DNA of 63,668 nucleotides, counting the filler, from Octopus bimaculoides (Eukaryota), in assembly GCF_001194135.2 (NCBI RefSeq). It is 6 parts of 6 records of this genome, joined end to end, with 100 filler letters (N's around TTAATTAATTAA, not from the genome) between each part and the next. Parts side by side here need not be neighbours in the genome. Positions count along the whole stretch, not along the records: positions 1 to 27,742 come from NC_068991.1; 5 more parts are not named here. One strand, 5' to 3'. How positions within the stretch are numbered: the stretch's first letter is position 1; every line of letters starts with the position of its first letter. The notes under the pieces are model-generated. The model was given only the letters and a program-made list of their open reading frames with translations. It ran no database searches and had not been told where the DNA came from. The position numbers and the translations under genes are program-made. Shown here piece after piece: positions 13,276 through 26,678 of the stretch.

Positions 13276-13572
13276 GAGTAAAAGATGATGGAAAGAGAGA
13301 AAGGAATGGAAATTATAAAGAAGAGGGAGGTGTGTGTGTGATGATGTTAGACTTATTTTGATATTTGAGTATGCAGATGTCAGGGACAGGTAGTATAGTT
13401 CATTGGTTTGACTTTAGTAACAGTAGGCATCTCTTCAATGAATTGAGATGTAGGGTTAGTAAGTACAGCTATTCGGTTGTTGGCATCACTAGGCTGTAGC
13501 TGACATAATAAAATAGAAGCTTTTATATGCATGCTCAAAAATGTTTCCCTGTAAACAAACGTAAAAGAATAT

Positions 13573-13900
13573 ATCATCATCATTTATTGTTCATTGTGTA
13601 TGCTGGCATAGGTTGGACAGTTTAATCAGAGCTGGCAAGCTGAGTGGCTGTACCAGATTTCAGTCTGATTTGGCATGGTTTCTATGACTGGATGCCCTTC
13701 CTAATGCCAACCACTCTGAGAGTGTAATGGGTGCCAGTTGTGTGGCACCAGTATGTCATGACTGCAGTTTCACTTGGCTTGAGTGGTCTTCTACTCAAGC
13801 ATGGCACATTGCTGAAGGTCTCGGTCATTTGTCATTGCCTCTGCCTTTGTGAGATCCAACACTCAAAAGGTGCTTTTTACATGCCATTGGCATGGGTGTT
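13573..13900 (-). mobile_element. RTE-type LINE 3' UTR/tail copy
   Basis: (ATC)n followed by ...GCTGGCATAGGTTGGACAG...CTGGATGCCCTTCCTAATGCCAACCACTCTGAGAGTG, homologous to 26679-26840. Confidence 0.75.
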
Positions 13901-13910
13901 AGTTACACAA

Positions 13911-13961
<51 letters not shown>

Positions 13962-16900
13962 ACGCATGCGTATATATCATCACTTTTTTTAATGTCTGCT
14001 TTTCCATACTTGCATGGATCGGTTTGGGGCAGATTTTCTAGAGATGAATGCTCTTCCTGTTGCCAACGCTTACCTATTTCCATGCATGGTAATATTTCTC
14101 TATGGCCAAACATGTCTTTACTGAATATTGGAAATGAATGACATTCATTTATGAAGTCAAGACAAGCATACACAAACTTGCACACAGTCATATGTACAAG
14201 CACACACAAATATGCATATATACAATAGATTTCTTTCAAAAATCAGAACTAGCTTTATATTATTATAATGCCAAAACTGGTATATCAAATCCACTCTGAT
14301 CTTTACTCTTTATGCAGGCTCTCACATATTGTATCAGTTATTGGGCATATATGCTACTATGGTTCAAGAAAGATTGAAAATAATTTAAATTTGTATGTGA
14401 GAAATGTGCCCACATTTTAATGGGGTTAGTTCTCTGAAATGACAACAGTTTTAAAACAATTCAGTCACCACTTGTGTCAATAATAGTCTATTTTACTTGG
14501 CTGTTTTGCCGCAGAATCTCCCTTAAAATCTCTTGTGCTGAGTCCTGATAATGAGGTAGCTTGTGCAAGAAAAATGCTTGTTGATATGCTAGTCATGAGA
14601 AATTTTGCAATTTTACTTTTGTTTGTGAAAATTATTTTGTTGGTTTACATTTAGGGCAGTATACTAATAATAAACATGGGAAGTCCATGAATAAGCTATC
14701 AGTTAGATGATAGATTCAATGTTAATTTCAGTGTAGTAGCATAGAGGAATAGTTCTGTTCCTTAAATATATGGAAAAGGTATAACATTTTAAAGCTTTAA
14801 ATTTGTTTCTTTTGGGTGTTACTTAGAATCACAAATAGTTTTCTATTGCTTAACTAAAACACTGCTAATATCACTGATTTGAGTATGGTAAGTAAAAAAA
14901 AAAAAAGGAAAATGGCAAAGTTTTGATATGTTGCATGGAGGATGAAGAAAATAATGATTATAATGGAAATGATGTTAGCAGTTATATGCAATCAGTTTTA
15001 TCTCAGTCATCTGTAATAACAGCTTCTGGACTATGAACAAGACAAAATTCTGACCATTTCTAGTTGTACACAAGTATCCTGTGGATTTGGATACGCACAT
15101 ACACACACTACTTTTTATTTTTATCTCCATAGTTTAATGAAAAGAAAATTTAAGTGAAGAGAAACGAGAATTGAGACCAAATAGCAAACTTATCTGCGGT
15201 GAAGACAACAGTAATGATTGTTTATATATATATATATATGCTCAGATATGACAGAATGTGATTGTGTGGCCATCTTAGCTTTCTGAAAACTCTTAGCAAC
15301 TTAAATGAGGACGAAAGCTGAGCAAGGTTAATATATTTCAAGATTAGTAGTACTGATAGTGAAAGCCAGAGATGTGTGTGCATGGGGATTAGCCGAGTTG
15401 TTAGAGCATTGATTAAAATGCCTTGTATTTATTCTGGTTCTTTATGATCTAAGTTCAAATCCCATTGAGATAATGTTTGCCTTTCATCCTTCCTTTCATG
15501 GTCAGTCAATAAGTACCAATCCAGAGTAATAAATTATCAGAATTGCTAGTGTTTTAGGAGGTGCCCTGACATATCTGTTCTGGCTCTCTATGTTATGAAT
15601 TTATTTACAACCTTGGTGCCAAGTTGTATTGGATCTGCTGTTAGCTTGAACACCAACCATCAGTAGCATAGAGAGGGGCAACTGCTGGTCTTAGAAAAAC
15701 TTTTTCCAGGTATGTATCCTGGAAAGGGTCTTTCCAAGTGCTGATATAATCAACCCCTACCAGTGGAAGCCTTCATATATGTAAATATACATGTTCAAAA
15801 AGGAACAACTAAGCAGGAAATGCATTGCCTCGTATATAGAAAGATCATCACAACTAGGAAATTTTCATCATATGTCTGCTTAATCATAGTTGGCTTAGGG
15901 CTAAATAACAACTATAAATGTATCTGGTTAATGATAAATTGTCTTCAGTAGTGGTTTTTCAGCTTTTCCTGTCATCTGTCTTACTCTTTTCCGTACAGAA
16001 GTATGCAATAAATAATTTTTATATATCAAAACCTATGTCACTGCCAAAATGTTATCTTTAGGGGTTGTGTTAAGCTCTAGTGTAAGAAAAAATATGTTGT
16101 TTTGAGTTTTAAGAAAATGTACATTGTCTTAAGATTAAAGAAAAATACAATTATTTGCAGTTAAATTTAATGACTTTATCACAGCTGTATTCTTTCTGAA
16201 TACTCTTTTTCGAGGATCTCATTTTGTAAAACCAAACATGTTAACATTCTACAATCTTATGTGATCCATTTCCTACATCAGTATTTGAGTTTCTGAAATA
16301 TGTTTCTCATATCCTCTGCATCTTTGTCCAAATACCTTTAAGGATTTACATAAAATATGATCATTGACAATAATACTCTTTTCAATATATGATCAAATTT
16401 CTCAATGTTTTTGCTATTTCCCCTCATGACTTGTATAATCGGTCTTGGGCCAAGGAATTTTCATGTAGGTTTACAGCCAATTCGGGGAAGTGGAAATGCA
16501 CTTTGGTTAAGTCATCTTTTCTAAGCCTCTCTCCATGTCGATTAAGCAGTTTTGTCTTCGGTTACCACAATCACACAACCCACTCATCCAGACATCCTGT
16601 ATGCTGCATTAGATATGTGGCTTCCAGTGTCATGTTTCATTTATCATTTACTCACCTTTCCTATCATTGTCGGGCTTGATGAATGGTTGAGAGGGATGAT
16701 TGTAGTTGTAAGTCTGTCAATTGGACTGCAAAATGGATTTCTTTAGGTGTTGTGCAGCATTCACAATACTGGCCCCACCATTAGCACTTGGGTTTCATTT
16801 GCTGTGGTCTAACCAGCCTTGATAATAATAAGATCCTTGGATTGTAACTAATGCCTTAGTTGCATTAGAGCTTCCCTTTTCTAGATAGACAACCTGACAT

Positions 16901-17033
16901 GATGAATGAGTTATGTCTGCTTAGGTTTTTGAGTCAGTTTCCTTCACTTGGGTTGTTGAGCTCATCTAGTTATATTACCAGATACTCAGTTGCTCCAATA
17001 ATAAAATGAAAAGGAATATACAAAATTATATAG

Positions 17034-18687
17034 TTATGACATATTTCTGTCATGAAACTATTCAAAGCACCCTTTACACATGGGCACTTTGCAAAAGGAA
17101 CACATAAAGTCTCAATCTGATACCCTTTTGCAGTTTTTCTTTTTTGCAGCGAACACAGTCTGCAAACTTTTTTCCTTCCATTTATCTTTTCGACTTTATG
17201 AAAATCAATATTTTCTTTGTTGACATCTACTTCAGTTAATTTTGCTTTTCTCCCAGTTCTGTGCTTTCTAAAAGAAAAGCCCTCACACAACTGAGATGCG
17301 ATGTCAACCCGAAATTTCAAGTGGTCGTAGTCCTTTGGTGGCGGAGGTACCTTGTGGCTTTTTACATATACAATATATGAATTTACTATAGTTAAATTAA
17401 CTAAAAACTACAAAATGTACCTCCACCATTTCTTCCCAGGTTGACCAACTGGGAAATATGCCCGATATTGGTTGGATTTATCAACCCCACCCATATATTT
17501 GTTATAACAAATATTTACTAGGGGTTTCCCCTCAGCGCCAACACCAGGTTGTTCAGTAGAAGACAGAAATAAAATCTGTCTTTGTCTTTGAAAGCAGTAA
17601 CTAAAAAATTTTCTTTTTGCATTTGTAAAATGCCCCCTATTTTTTAAAATTTTCTTTTCATTTCACAGGGTAAACCTTTATGGTTTCCCATAACAGTACT
17701 GCACGTGTAAGTACTTACACGGGCAAGATTTTCTGCGAAAGCCACTAAAGAAAAAGACTGATCAAAATAGAAGTGTCGGTGCTGATGGTGAAATGGTCCA
17801 GTAAGAGACCATACATCATCATGTCCCAATCTATGCAGTCTGTTTCCATTATATTTTTTTACCTGTGTAAACATCGAAGTATACACAATATCCAGTCTCT
17901 GATTCACAAACTTCCCATACCTTAATCTCCCATTTAGTAGGTTTGGCAGGCATGTACTGCCGAAAATGTACTCTGCCTTTATAGCCTATTGTGGTTTCGT
18001 CTACACTGAAATTTTTCCCAGGTAGATACACAATTTTATAATTATTAATAAGTAAATCAATTACAGGACGTACTTTGTACAGGGGTTCGTAGTTTAGGTC
18101 GTTTTTGCTGGGGGCATTAGCAGAATCAGCTAAATGCAAATACTGAGATATTTTCGAATACCTCGTCTTCGACATTATACTTGAGATATATGGATCGCCA
18201 TACTTTATATCAGGACTCCAGTAGTTCCACAGTCAAGGAAGCTGTTTAACACCAAACATAATGTTGTGAAAAATGCTCTCATTTCCGCAGTATAAGTTGG
18301 CTGCCATAGTGGATTTCTCTTCCATGAATAGAAATTAAATGTTGCTCATATTTGTTTGTTTCTTCTGCAACATTTTCCAAAAAAACTTTCTGGTAAAAAT
18401 AAAAATAGATAGTCCAATGGTTGATCGTCAGGAGGTAAATTGTGTTGTGGACCAGTGTTTTCTGTGAAATCAGGAATAGTGATTGGTGTTGTAATCTTTG
18501 ACCATGTTGCCATGTTTACGATATCATTTTCATCACTTTCGTTCTCAAAATCTTCCTCGTCCAACAATTAATCACTAATATCAATATCAGATTCATCTGA
18601 AGACAAAATACTCGTGTTTTCATTTATATTTTCTATATCGTCATGAGTAAAACCTTCAAAGTCGGAATCGCTACTTGCTGACGCCAT
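17034..18687 (-). pseudogene. piggyBac (PGBD4-like) transposase, near full length, disrupted by frameshifts and stops
   Basis: Pieces in order: acidic N-terminus MASASSDSDFEGF...; YLPGKNFSVDE...YKGRVHFRQYMPAKPTKWEIKVW (D1); HRHFYFDQ (D2); YNKYMGGVDKSNQY (D3); KKWWRYIL*; Cys-rich end CRLC...[frameshift]CSFCKVPMCKGCFE*FH, then TAA at 17034-17036. Confidence 0.92.
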
Positions 18688-18789
18688 TTCTTTAACAACT
18701 AAGGTACACACTTCTCTTCGTTGAAAAAAACCATGTGGTCTACACAGTTTCACAATATTTATACTTGAATAAAGGCAGGAAAGGCTTCA

Positions 18790-18933
18790 TCTTGCATTAC
18801 CTCAAAGCTACAAGAATTCAATAACGTGATTTGTTTATTTTTTTAGTGATTTTGTAGAGCAGTCGGATATGGCCGGCTTGAACAAATAAAGGGGAATTAA
18901 TTTTGGCCGGTTATGGCCGGTTTGAACACTAAA
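18790..18933. mobile_element. piggyBac end upstream of the transposase, with subterminal direct repeats; outermost TIR bases lost
   Basis: 20-bp direct repeats at 18865-18884 and 18909-18928 (18/20 identical). The end reads ...AACACTAAA where the related MITE has ...ATACTAAAGGG-TTAA. Confidence 0.7.
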
Positions 18934-21900
18934 AACATTTACACAAAATTTTTAATCAAGATTGTTTATTCAAAAATGTTTATGAAATACAGTTGGGTCT
19001 CATGCAATATTGAAAGTTGAAAAATTGACATTATCTAGGCAATTAGTCAACAAAAATGTTTCAGAAAATATACAAAATGCAATATAGGAATGAATCCTAC
19101 TGTTGAAAGCAATGGACAAAATATATTAAAATGTTCTGTACATATGAATGCTATCCACTTACACGGTAAAATGTATATCACTTAGAAATAGGGAAATTGT
19201 GTTGAATAAAGAAAGTAATTTTAGATGCAGCAATCATTATTTTAGAAGGATCACATGCATAAAAATTTTGCTATTGCAATTCTAACAGGAAATTGCATAA
19301 ATTTTAGTGAAATTAGATTTTGCTTTTTTGCATTCTAATTATTAATGAGAATCAATTTCATGTAGATTATCAGCTTGATATTGATTGTGTGAAATATTAA
19401 ATTAAATAATCTTGGAATAATTTAGAAAATTTTAATTCTATGCTACTAATGTCTGGATGTACTTGATGTTTTAAAATGGCTGGTTCAACTCTTCATGTCT
19501 GAATTGAATTTCTGTTGGCAAAGTCAACTTATTTTTCACCTCCATTTCAATATAGGAAATGAGGATAATATAATGAATGATTCTTTTTTATTACAGACGA
19601 GATAGTGCGTAAAAAAAGAAAAAGGCAGATAATTATTTTACTATATTTAACATTGTAGAAATGGCCCAGCTGGTTGCTTTAGAAGATCTAGTTTTGTGTT
19701 TTGTATGCTTAAGTTTATATTGGATGACTATTGTCTTTCATCTTGTTAGCTGTGAGGATTTTGTAAAAGTATGAGTGATATACTTGGATAAATCTTTCCA
19801 TTGCATGTTTTCTTACAATAGATCAAGAGGTATTGATAATTATTTTCTTTCTGAGCATTTAGGAAACAAACTATTCCATTTAAACTTCAGTTGTCAGCAA
19901 CAGCAGCTGTAGTTGTAGTGGTAGTAGTAGTGTTTAGTACCAGGTCAGTCTCAGTTGAGCAGACCTATAATCAAAGGCATTCCAGCTGTGACGTGCCCCA
20001 GCATGGCCACAGCCTCAAAGCTGAAACATGTAAAAGAGCAAGGAACTGAGACTCATTATTCATTTCTAAGATGGTAGGGTGTGGTTTCAAGCAATCACAT
20101 AGATGCTCCTCCTTTGGCTTATCAATAATAGTATAAGTTCTCTTTGATTATAGTTAGATTGTGTAAACTCTTTTCCCCTTAGATTTTACTTTCTCCTTTA
20201 TGCAGTTTAAAATTTTATATATTTTTTCATCCTTATATTCCAACTGTTGCTAATGGAGAACTGCTTTTAGCAGGCTTTTGTTCGTGAAATTGATTTATGT
20301 TATTTAACAAACATCATTGTATTGTTGATTCACTTCCACTATCTATGATATTAGGTTCGAGCTTCTTTTAATTCTGCTCTGGTAATTATTTTGCTTTGAT
20401 AGGTATCTCATATGACAGGAGTTAAATGCTTTTTGAGCATTCCTCTTCAGTCAATGAAACTGCATTTTTAATTAGCTGTAGAATTGGTAGCATTGTAGAA
20501 TTATCTTTAACACATTGAGTGCCATGTATACAATATATATATATATATATATATATACATGGCACTTTACAAATGCGCCACATATATGTATATTGTATAC
20601 ATGTTTTTTTTCATAAAAAAATGAACTGTATATAGCTATTGTATACAACTGAAATACTATATGAATTTGAAAAAAAAACCATGTGTGGTACACGGGACTG
20701 ACTTACACATTTCCCCTTGGCACTCAATGTGGTAAGAATTGATTACAGTATATCCAGAAAACTGGTGGCCTATTTCTGTCAAATGTTATAAAGATATCTT
20801 TAGAAACTGTCTTTTTTTCTGTTGATGACTTTAGGTCAGCCCTGGTTGAGGAGAAAAATATCATCATCATCATCATTGTTTAATGTCCACCTTCCATGCT
20901 GGCATGGGTTGGACGATTTTATCATTGAACTCAGTTGACTGCTATTGGTTTGCATCTTGACCACTTATCAACTTACAGATTTTGATAAACTACAAATTGT
21001 TGACAACAGAATAGTTTGTCAGTATCATAGCAGTTTACAAATGTGCACATTGAGTTACTTTTAAAGGTGGGCTTTTATTGGTTTCAAAGCTTGCTCTAAG
21101 GACCTTATTCTATGAAACTGGTTGACTAGTGAAGTTTCCTTTTTCTCTCTTAATTATGTGGTTGAAATTAATCTTGTCATACTTAATAATTTCAGCTATG
21201 TATTAAATGAATATCAGTATGACAGTTATAATGTTTCTTAAGACATTTACTTTCAACACAATTTAAGTAAAAAAGAATTGATCATCTCAAATTTTCCTAA
21301 GCTTTTTGTTTTAGTTGTATTTACTTCCCTTTTTTTTGTTGTTTTTTTTATGTATTCATACCTTTTTCTGAATATTTTCTGTGTTTGTTATTATAAAAAT
21401 ACATTGTCAAATCAGTGTATCATTGATTTCTAACTTAGGTGCAAAGCTACAATTTTCATGGTGAGGGAATATGGTGAATTAAATTGACTCCTGATATATT
21501 TATAGTTATTTCATTGACCTTACAAGAATTAAAGGCAAATGCAAAGCTTGATTTGAACACAGAATGTAAAAAGTGGAAATATTGCATATATTTGGCTGGT
21601 GCTCTACTGATTTTGCCACTCTCTGCTCATGTATAACAGTGATTGATAAGATTTACTGAAGCAGAAACTTTGAATAGGTTGTTCATAAGATGATAGATTG
21701 CTTGGGTTTTGTTTAGTCAGTGAAGCTGTTTGTATGCTGAATTAGAAACAATCTGTCTTGTAATGTGACTGTAAAGGAATGAAAAAGACAGCTGTTGTAA
21801 TATTTACAAGAATAAGATAGTTTTAATGTTGCAATAACAATTTAGTATGTTAACATTATATGTAATGTGTTAGAAAATGTCTTATTGTGAGAAATTACCT

Positions 21901-23008
21901 TTTATCCTCTATTTTACTCCTGTGTATGACATTGTTGTTAATGCCAAATTGTTTCTACCAGCTTTTATCAGGTGAAAAGGAATTAGAGCAAAAGGGGTTC
22001 AATATTAATGCAAATAGTATCAGATCTGATATATAGTCGATATTTCAAAGAGCTGACATCATACCTGTTTGACACATTTGTTGCATGCAGTCAGTATTGG
22101 GGCAAAAAGAAATTCACAGATTTTTTGAGTAAGCCTGTTGTAACTATAATATGCACTCTTGTCTTTGATGAAAAGACCTATGACCAGCATACATGTACAG
22201 ACAATTGTATTGTGTACAAATACATGCTCTTACATGTATATGAAAATGTGCATTTGTCCATGTAATCCTGTGGATCAAGAATAAAAGTTGTGTAACATGT
22301 GACAGAGATGAGTCCTCCCTATATAGCTGATAATTTAGTTTTTAAAATCCCTGAAAAGAATTGTGTTTATTTACTAATGGATTGTGGAATGTGTGTGTTT
22401 GTATTGGGTGTGTTTGTTGAATGTGTTTCAAATGCTCTGTGTTTTGTTGGTGATTAGTACTGAGGTGACCCAGTTCTCTGAAGTGTACATTTTAAATAAT
22501 TTTCATAACATATAATCAACCAGAAAGGAAAGAAAGCAGTTAAATTTGGTGTGCACCGAACTCAGAGACCTAATCTTATTGAATTAGAATGTGTTTTCTA
22601 TGTCCTGCTACTACTTAATGTATGCTTCACATTGTCCAACTACAGCAATTGTTATTCCTTGAATACAAGTATGAAACCCAAGATTTTTAAAGAAGGGAAA
22701 CTGGGAGGTTGCATCATTTATTTTCCCAATTTAAGTATTGCTACCATGACACTATTCTAGTTGGTAGTAAATTCAGTTTGTCAAGACTGGTTGAAATGAA
22801 CTAATATTTTATGAAGTAGGTATGGAGACTAGGAAAAAGCAAAGGTGTTGGGAAAAAAGTATTTGCGAATCAAAGGTATATCATGGTTTCAAATAGACGG
22901 CAACACTGTGATAAATTATATTTTTTCTATTTGTAGATGGAGTATAAAATTAATTTAACCTCAGCACATAATTATTATTTTATATACTTAATATTTTATT
23001 AACTCAAA

Positions 23009-23170
23009 GGCGGTGAGCTGGCAGAATCATTAGCATGCTGAGCAAAATACTTTGCGACATTGTCCATTCTTAGGTTCTGGATTAAGATTTCACCAGTTGA
23101 GCACTGGGGTTGATGGACTAACTCCCTCCCTCAAAATTACTGGCCTTGTGCCAAAATTTGAAACCAATAT
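23009..23170 (+). mobile_element. SINE family B copy, CpG-decayed
   Basis: GGCGGTGAGCTGGCAGAATCATTAGCATGCTG...GGCCTTGTGCCAAAATTTGAAACC, homologous to copies at 37798, 38752, 41973 and 54808. Confidence 0.8.
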
Positions 23171-24891
23171 TTTATTAATCCTGGAAGAATGATAAGTTCT
23201 TAATTATTCACGTTATATTTCCATTTATGTATTACAGTTTCAGTTGGTTTAATCTTGGATTGGCATTAGGTACCCTTTTCTTGGATATGTTTCTGGTGAG
23301 ATTTGAACTTAGAACCCTTATTTCTAAATGAGTTTAAATCCAACTTGCGATAATGTACATATTCAGGAATTAAATACCCAATCATAGAGAAACCAAGGAA
23401 ACTTTGTGTAATCTCCTCCCCGCAAGAAATTAAATTAATTGTTTCAAGATACTTTAGTTCATTTTATCTTGCCATAATACTTCTGTTTTCATGTAACCTT
23501 TATAGTTAATTTTTCTGGTGTTTCACATTTTCTTGCTGATATAGATTGCCCAAATTTTAGACTTATCTGACTCTTCAATGAAAGAAATTAGTCACATATA
23601 CATTTATGCACCAATTGCTGAGTAATTTTGGCTGAAATTCATATTAATTTTTTCCCTCTAAAGACAATAATTTGTCCTGTTCCTAAATTGATTTTATTCA
23701 ATGTGATCTGTGCAAAGAAACCTTATTTAACTCTTAGAAGTGGGAGTTAGTAGGACTTTAGAGTTGGGTAGGATATAATCACTCTTGACTGTTCATTTCA
23801 ATTTCTAATGCAGCAGTTTAAGGTTTCAGTTAGTTACATTGGTATGAAGTGTTATTCATATGGAAAGAAAAAGTCAAAATTGGCAACATTATTTTACAAT
23901 AGTCCTTTTTATTTACATTTTGACATAATTGAAATGTTGACAATATCAAGATAACTATTTCATTTATTTTTAAAATCATAATAATTGTCATGAACCTCAA
24001 TGATATATTTTGAACTCATTTCAGAGGTTATGTTTCTTATTATCATATCTTAATAGTGATTACCTATTTAAAAAAAACAAAAAACAACAACTAAATTCAT
24101 GATTTGAGATCATGACACAATTATGATAAAATTTTAATTGGATTGAAAACTATTACTTTTTGAAAATTAGGTGAGTGCTTTGTGTAAAACAATAACTTAT
24201 GCAGTTTGATTAATATAAAATTAATAGATTATCTTTAATGTGCAGGTATATGTACACTCATGATTATTTCAAACTGTTCAAGTTCTTCAGAATGAAGTGT
24301 GGAAAAAAAAAAAAAAAAAATTCCCACCAAAGTAGCAAACCTTTTTAGATTTTTTAAAAACAATATACTTAACTCTGACAGAAGCAATATATTTCCACTA
24401 TATTATGTGCCAAGAAGGAAGAGACAAATAATTCACAACAGGAAAGTGAATTGTAACAAAACTAGTGAAAAAAAAAAAATTTCTTTAAAGCTATGAGAAA
24501 GAATGACATGAATTTGTGGTTGATACATATAAGTGAAGTAGATTTTGGGAAAATTTAGCAAGACAACTTGAAACAAATAGCCAAAAAGTTTAAAGATAGG
24601 ATAGAATGAAGTTGTTATATAAATATATCTAAACCACTGCAAGAAAAGGGATGCTTAATTGTTGATTTGAAGGCTTGAAAAAGTACAGGAAGCTTAACCT
24701 GTTAATACTATATAGGAAGCTGAGTTCTCTTAAATGAAAATGTTATTTCTATTGTGCATATATGTGTGTGCTTAAAATATAAGATGGTAGTAAATGTCAT
24801 AAAGCTGGCTGATCAAGTGACAAGTGCTGCTATCCTTTATGTCAGTGTCACTCTCTGCATTATATTGCAGTCAATATAGATGAATTCATGT

Positions 24892-25039
24892 TTAACCCTT
24901 TAGCGTTCCGATGATGTACTTATTTATTTTTAGTATTACATTGTAGGGTAGGTGTGAGAGGCTGAATATGACCAGTCTGTACATAAAATAGGTGTAATAT
25001 TTGGGTCAGATGTGGTCAGTTTAAATACTAAAGGGTTAA
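24892..25039. mobile_element. piggyBac-type MITE (140 bp) with TTAA target-site duplication
   Basis: TTAA (24892-24895), CCCTTTAG ... CTAAAGGG (25028-25035), TTAA (25036-25039). Confidence 0.85.
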
Positions 25040-25074
25040 CAAGTTTCCTGAGCTGTTTGAATTTTAAGTAGCCA

Positions 25075-25091
25075 TATATATGTATATATGC

Positions 25092-25128
<37 letters not shown>

Positions 25129-25717
25129 TATANNNNNNNNNNNNNNNNNNNNNNNNNNNNNNNNNNNNNNNNNNNNNTATTTATATGTATATATATATGT
25201 ATGTGTATATGTATGTATATATGTATGTATATATGTATATGTATATATATATGTATGTATATATGTATGTATATATGTATATATATATATGTATATATGT
25301 ATATGTATATATATATGTATATATGTATATGTATATATATATGTATATGTATATATATATGTATATGTATATATATATGTATATATATATGTATATGTAT
25401 ATATATATGTATATGTATATATATATGTATATGTATATATATATGTATATATATATGTATATGTGTATATATATATGTATATGTGTATATATATAGGTAT
25501 ATGTGTATATATATATGTATATATGTATATATATATATGTGTATATATATGTATATATGTATATATATGTGTATGTTTGTCTGTATATATATGTGTATAT
25601 ATATGTGTATGTTTGTCTGTATATATATGTGTATGTATATGTATATGTTTGTCTGTATATATATGTGTATGTATATGTATATATATGTATATATTTTTCT
25701 ATGTATATATATGTATT

Positions 25718-25759
<42 letters not shown>

Positions 25760-25765
25760 CACACA
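25075..25765. repeat. Compound (TA)n/(TATG)n/(TG)n microsatellite with higher-order units
   Basis: Direct reading; source of the spurious YI/YV-rich ORFs. Confidence 0.95.
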
Positions 25766-25869
25766 TACAAGTCAACAATCTTTGTGAACCTGCTACACCT
25801 CTAATGCACTCATAATTTACTTTTGGCACACAATAAGGAATTCCTAACTACTCCTCCTCTGCAAAATTT

Positions 25870-26125
25870 TGTCTTTGCTAGTTTTGCTTTGTTGTCTCTT
25901 GATTCTAGGCTTTGCTTCCACAACTGAGATTCCTTCTTAATCTTCATTAGATTGAGTTACTAAAACAAAGCCATCAACAAACTGGAGTTCATGTGGGTGG
26001 CTGGTCTTAAACTCCTCTGTTATGATATAGAGAATTATGATAAACAATAGAGGGTTGAGAATTGAAACCTGATGAACACCTACCTGCATGCTAAATTCAT
26101 TATTGAATGCATTGATATCTCTCAC
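25870..26125 (-). mobile_element. RTE (BovB-like) reverse transcriptase fragment, degenerate
   Basis: ORF 25937-26125: EFSMQVGVHQVSILNPLLFIIIL...EEFKT...ELQFVDGFVL matches RTE RT motifs GVHQGSVLSPLLF and ELLYADDL, with the catalytic motif degraded. Confidence 0.8.
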
Positions 26126-26678
26126 CTTGCTATATATATATGACTTGCATGGTGCTCACAAGCCATTTATCTGTACCTAGTTTTCTTTATAACTACAAAA
26201 CTATTATGGAGTGTAGTACCACATCAAAGGTTTTTTTCCAGATCAAACCAGACTGCATCTTATTTTAGCTGTGAATATGATTGATTAAACCAAAATCTAT
26301 ATGATGATTGGGGGTCCATATGATAGTTTTGTTAAAATTTATGTGCAATAAATTGGTTATATTTTAACAATACACAAAATGTTTTTAACATTTTTTAAAT
26401 ATAATTCCTAAAAATATTTAACTATATAAATTGAATAGGAATTTTTAAAAACATTCAAAAGATATGAGGGTCCATCCCAATAAAATAGAGATCAAAGGGG
26501 TACATAGGTAAAAATGGATGAGAACCACTGAACTAAACCCTTCAAAGTATTCCAGCATGACCATAGTTCCAAAGACTGACACTAGTAACAGAGTGTTAAT
26601 ATATAAAGAGCATCAAATTTGAGGACATAGAACAAATAAATTCATCTAATATCAGAACAAATAAATTCATCTAATATC

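Noticed and set aside
14935-15036. Short ORF MEDEENNDYNGNDVSSYMQSVLSQSSVITASGL
   Set aside because: 33 aa, no splice support and no recognisable homology.
16658-16727. Minus-strand exon candidate with AAG|GTGAGT donor
   Set aside because: It lies in repeat-like sequence next to the piggyBac, the peptide is unrecognisable, and it is on the strand opposite the inferred host transcription.
21971-22035. Acceptor plus GEKELEQKGFNINANSIRSDI*
   Set aside because: No good donor before the stop; compatible with chance.
24936-25829. Long ORFs rich in YI/HT/CV/MY repeats here and at 27795-28354, 35410-36007, 45083-45550 and 55555-57585
   Set aside because: They are translations of microsatellites, with no protein-like complexity.
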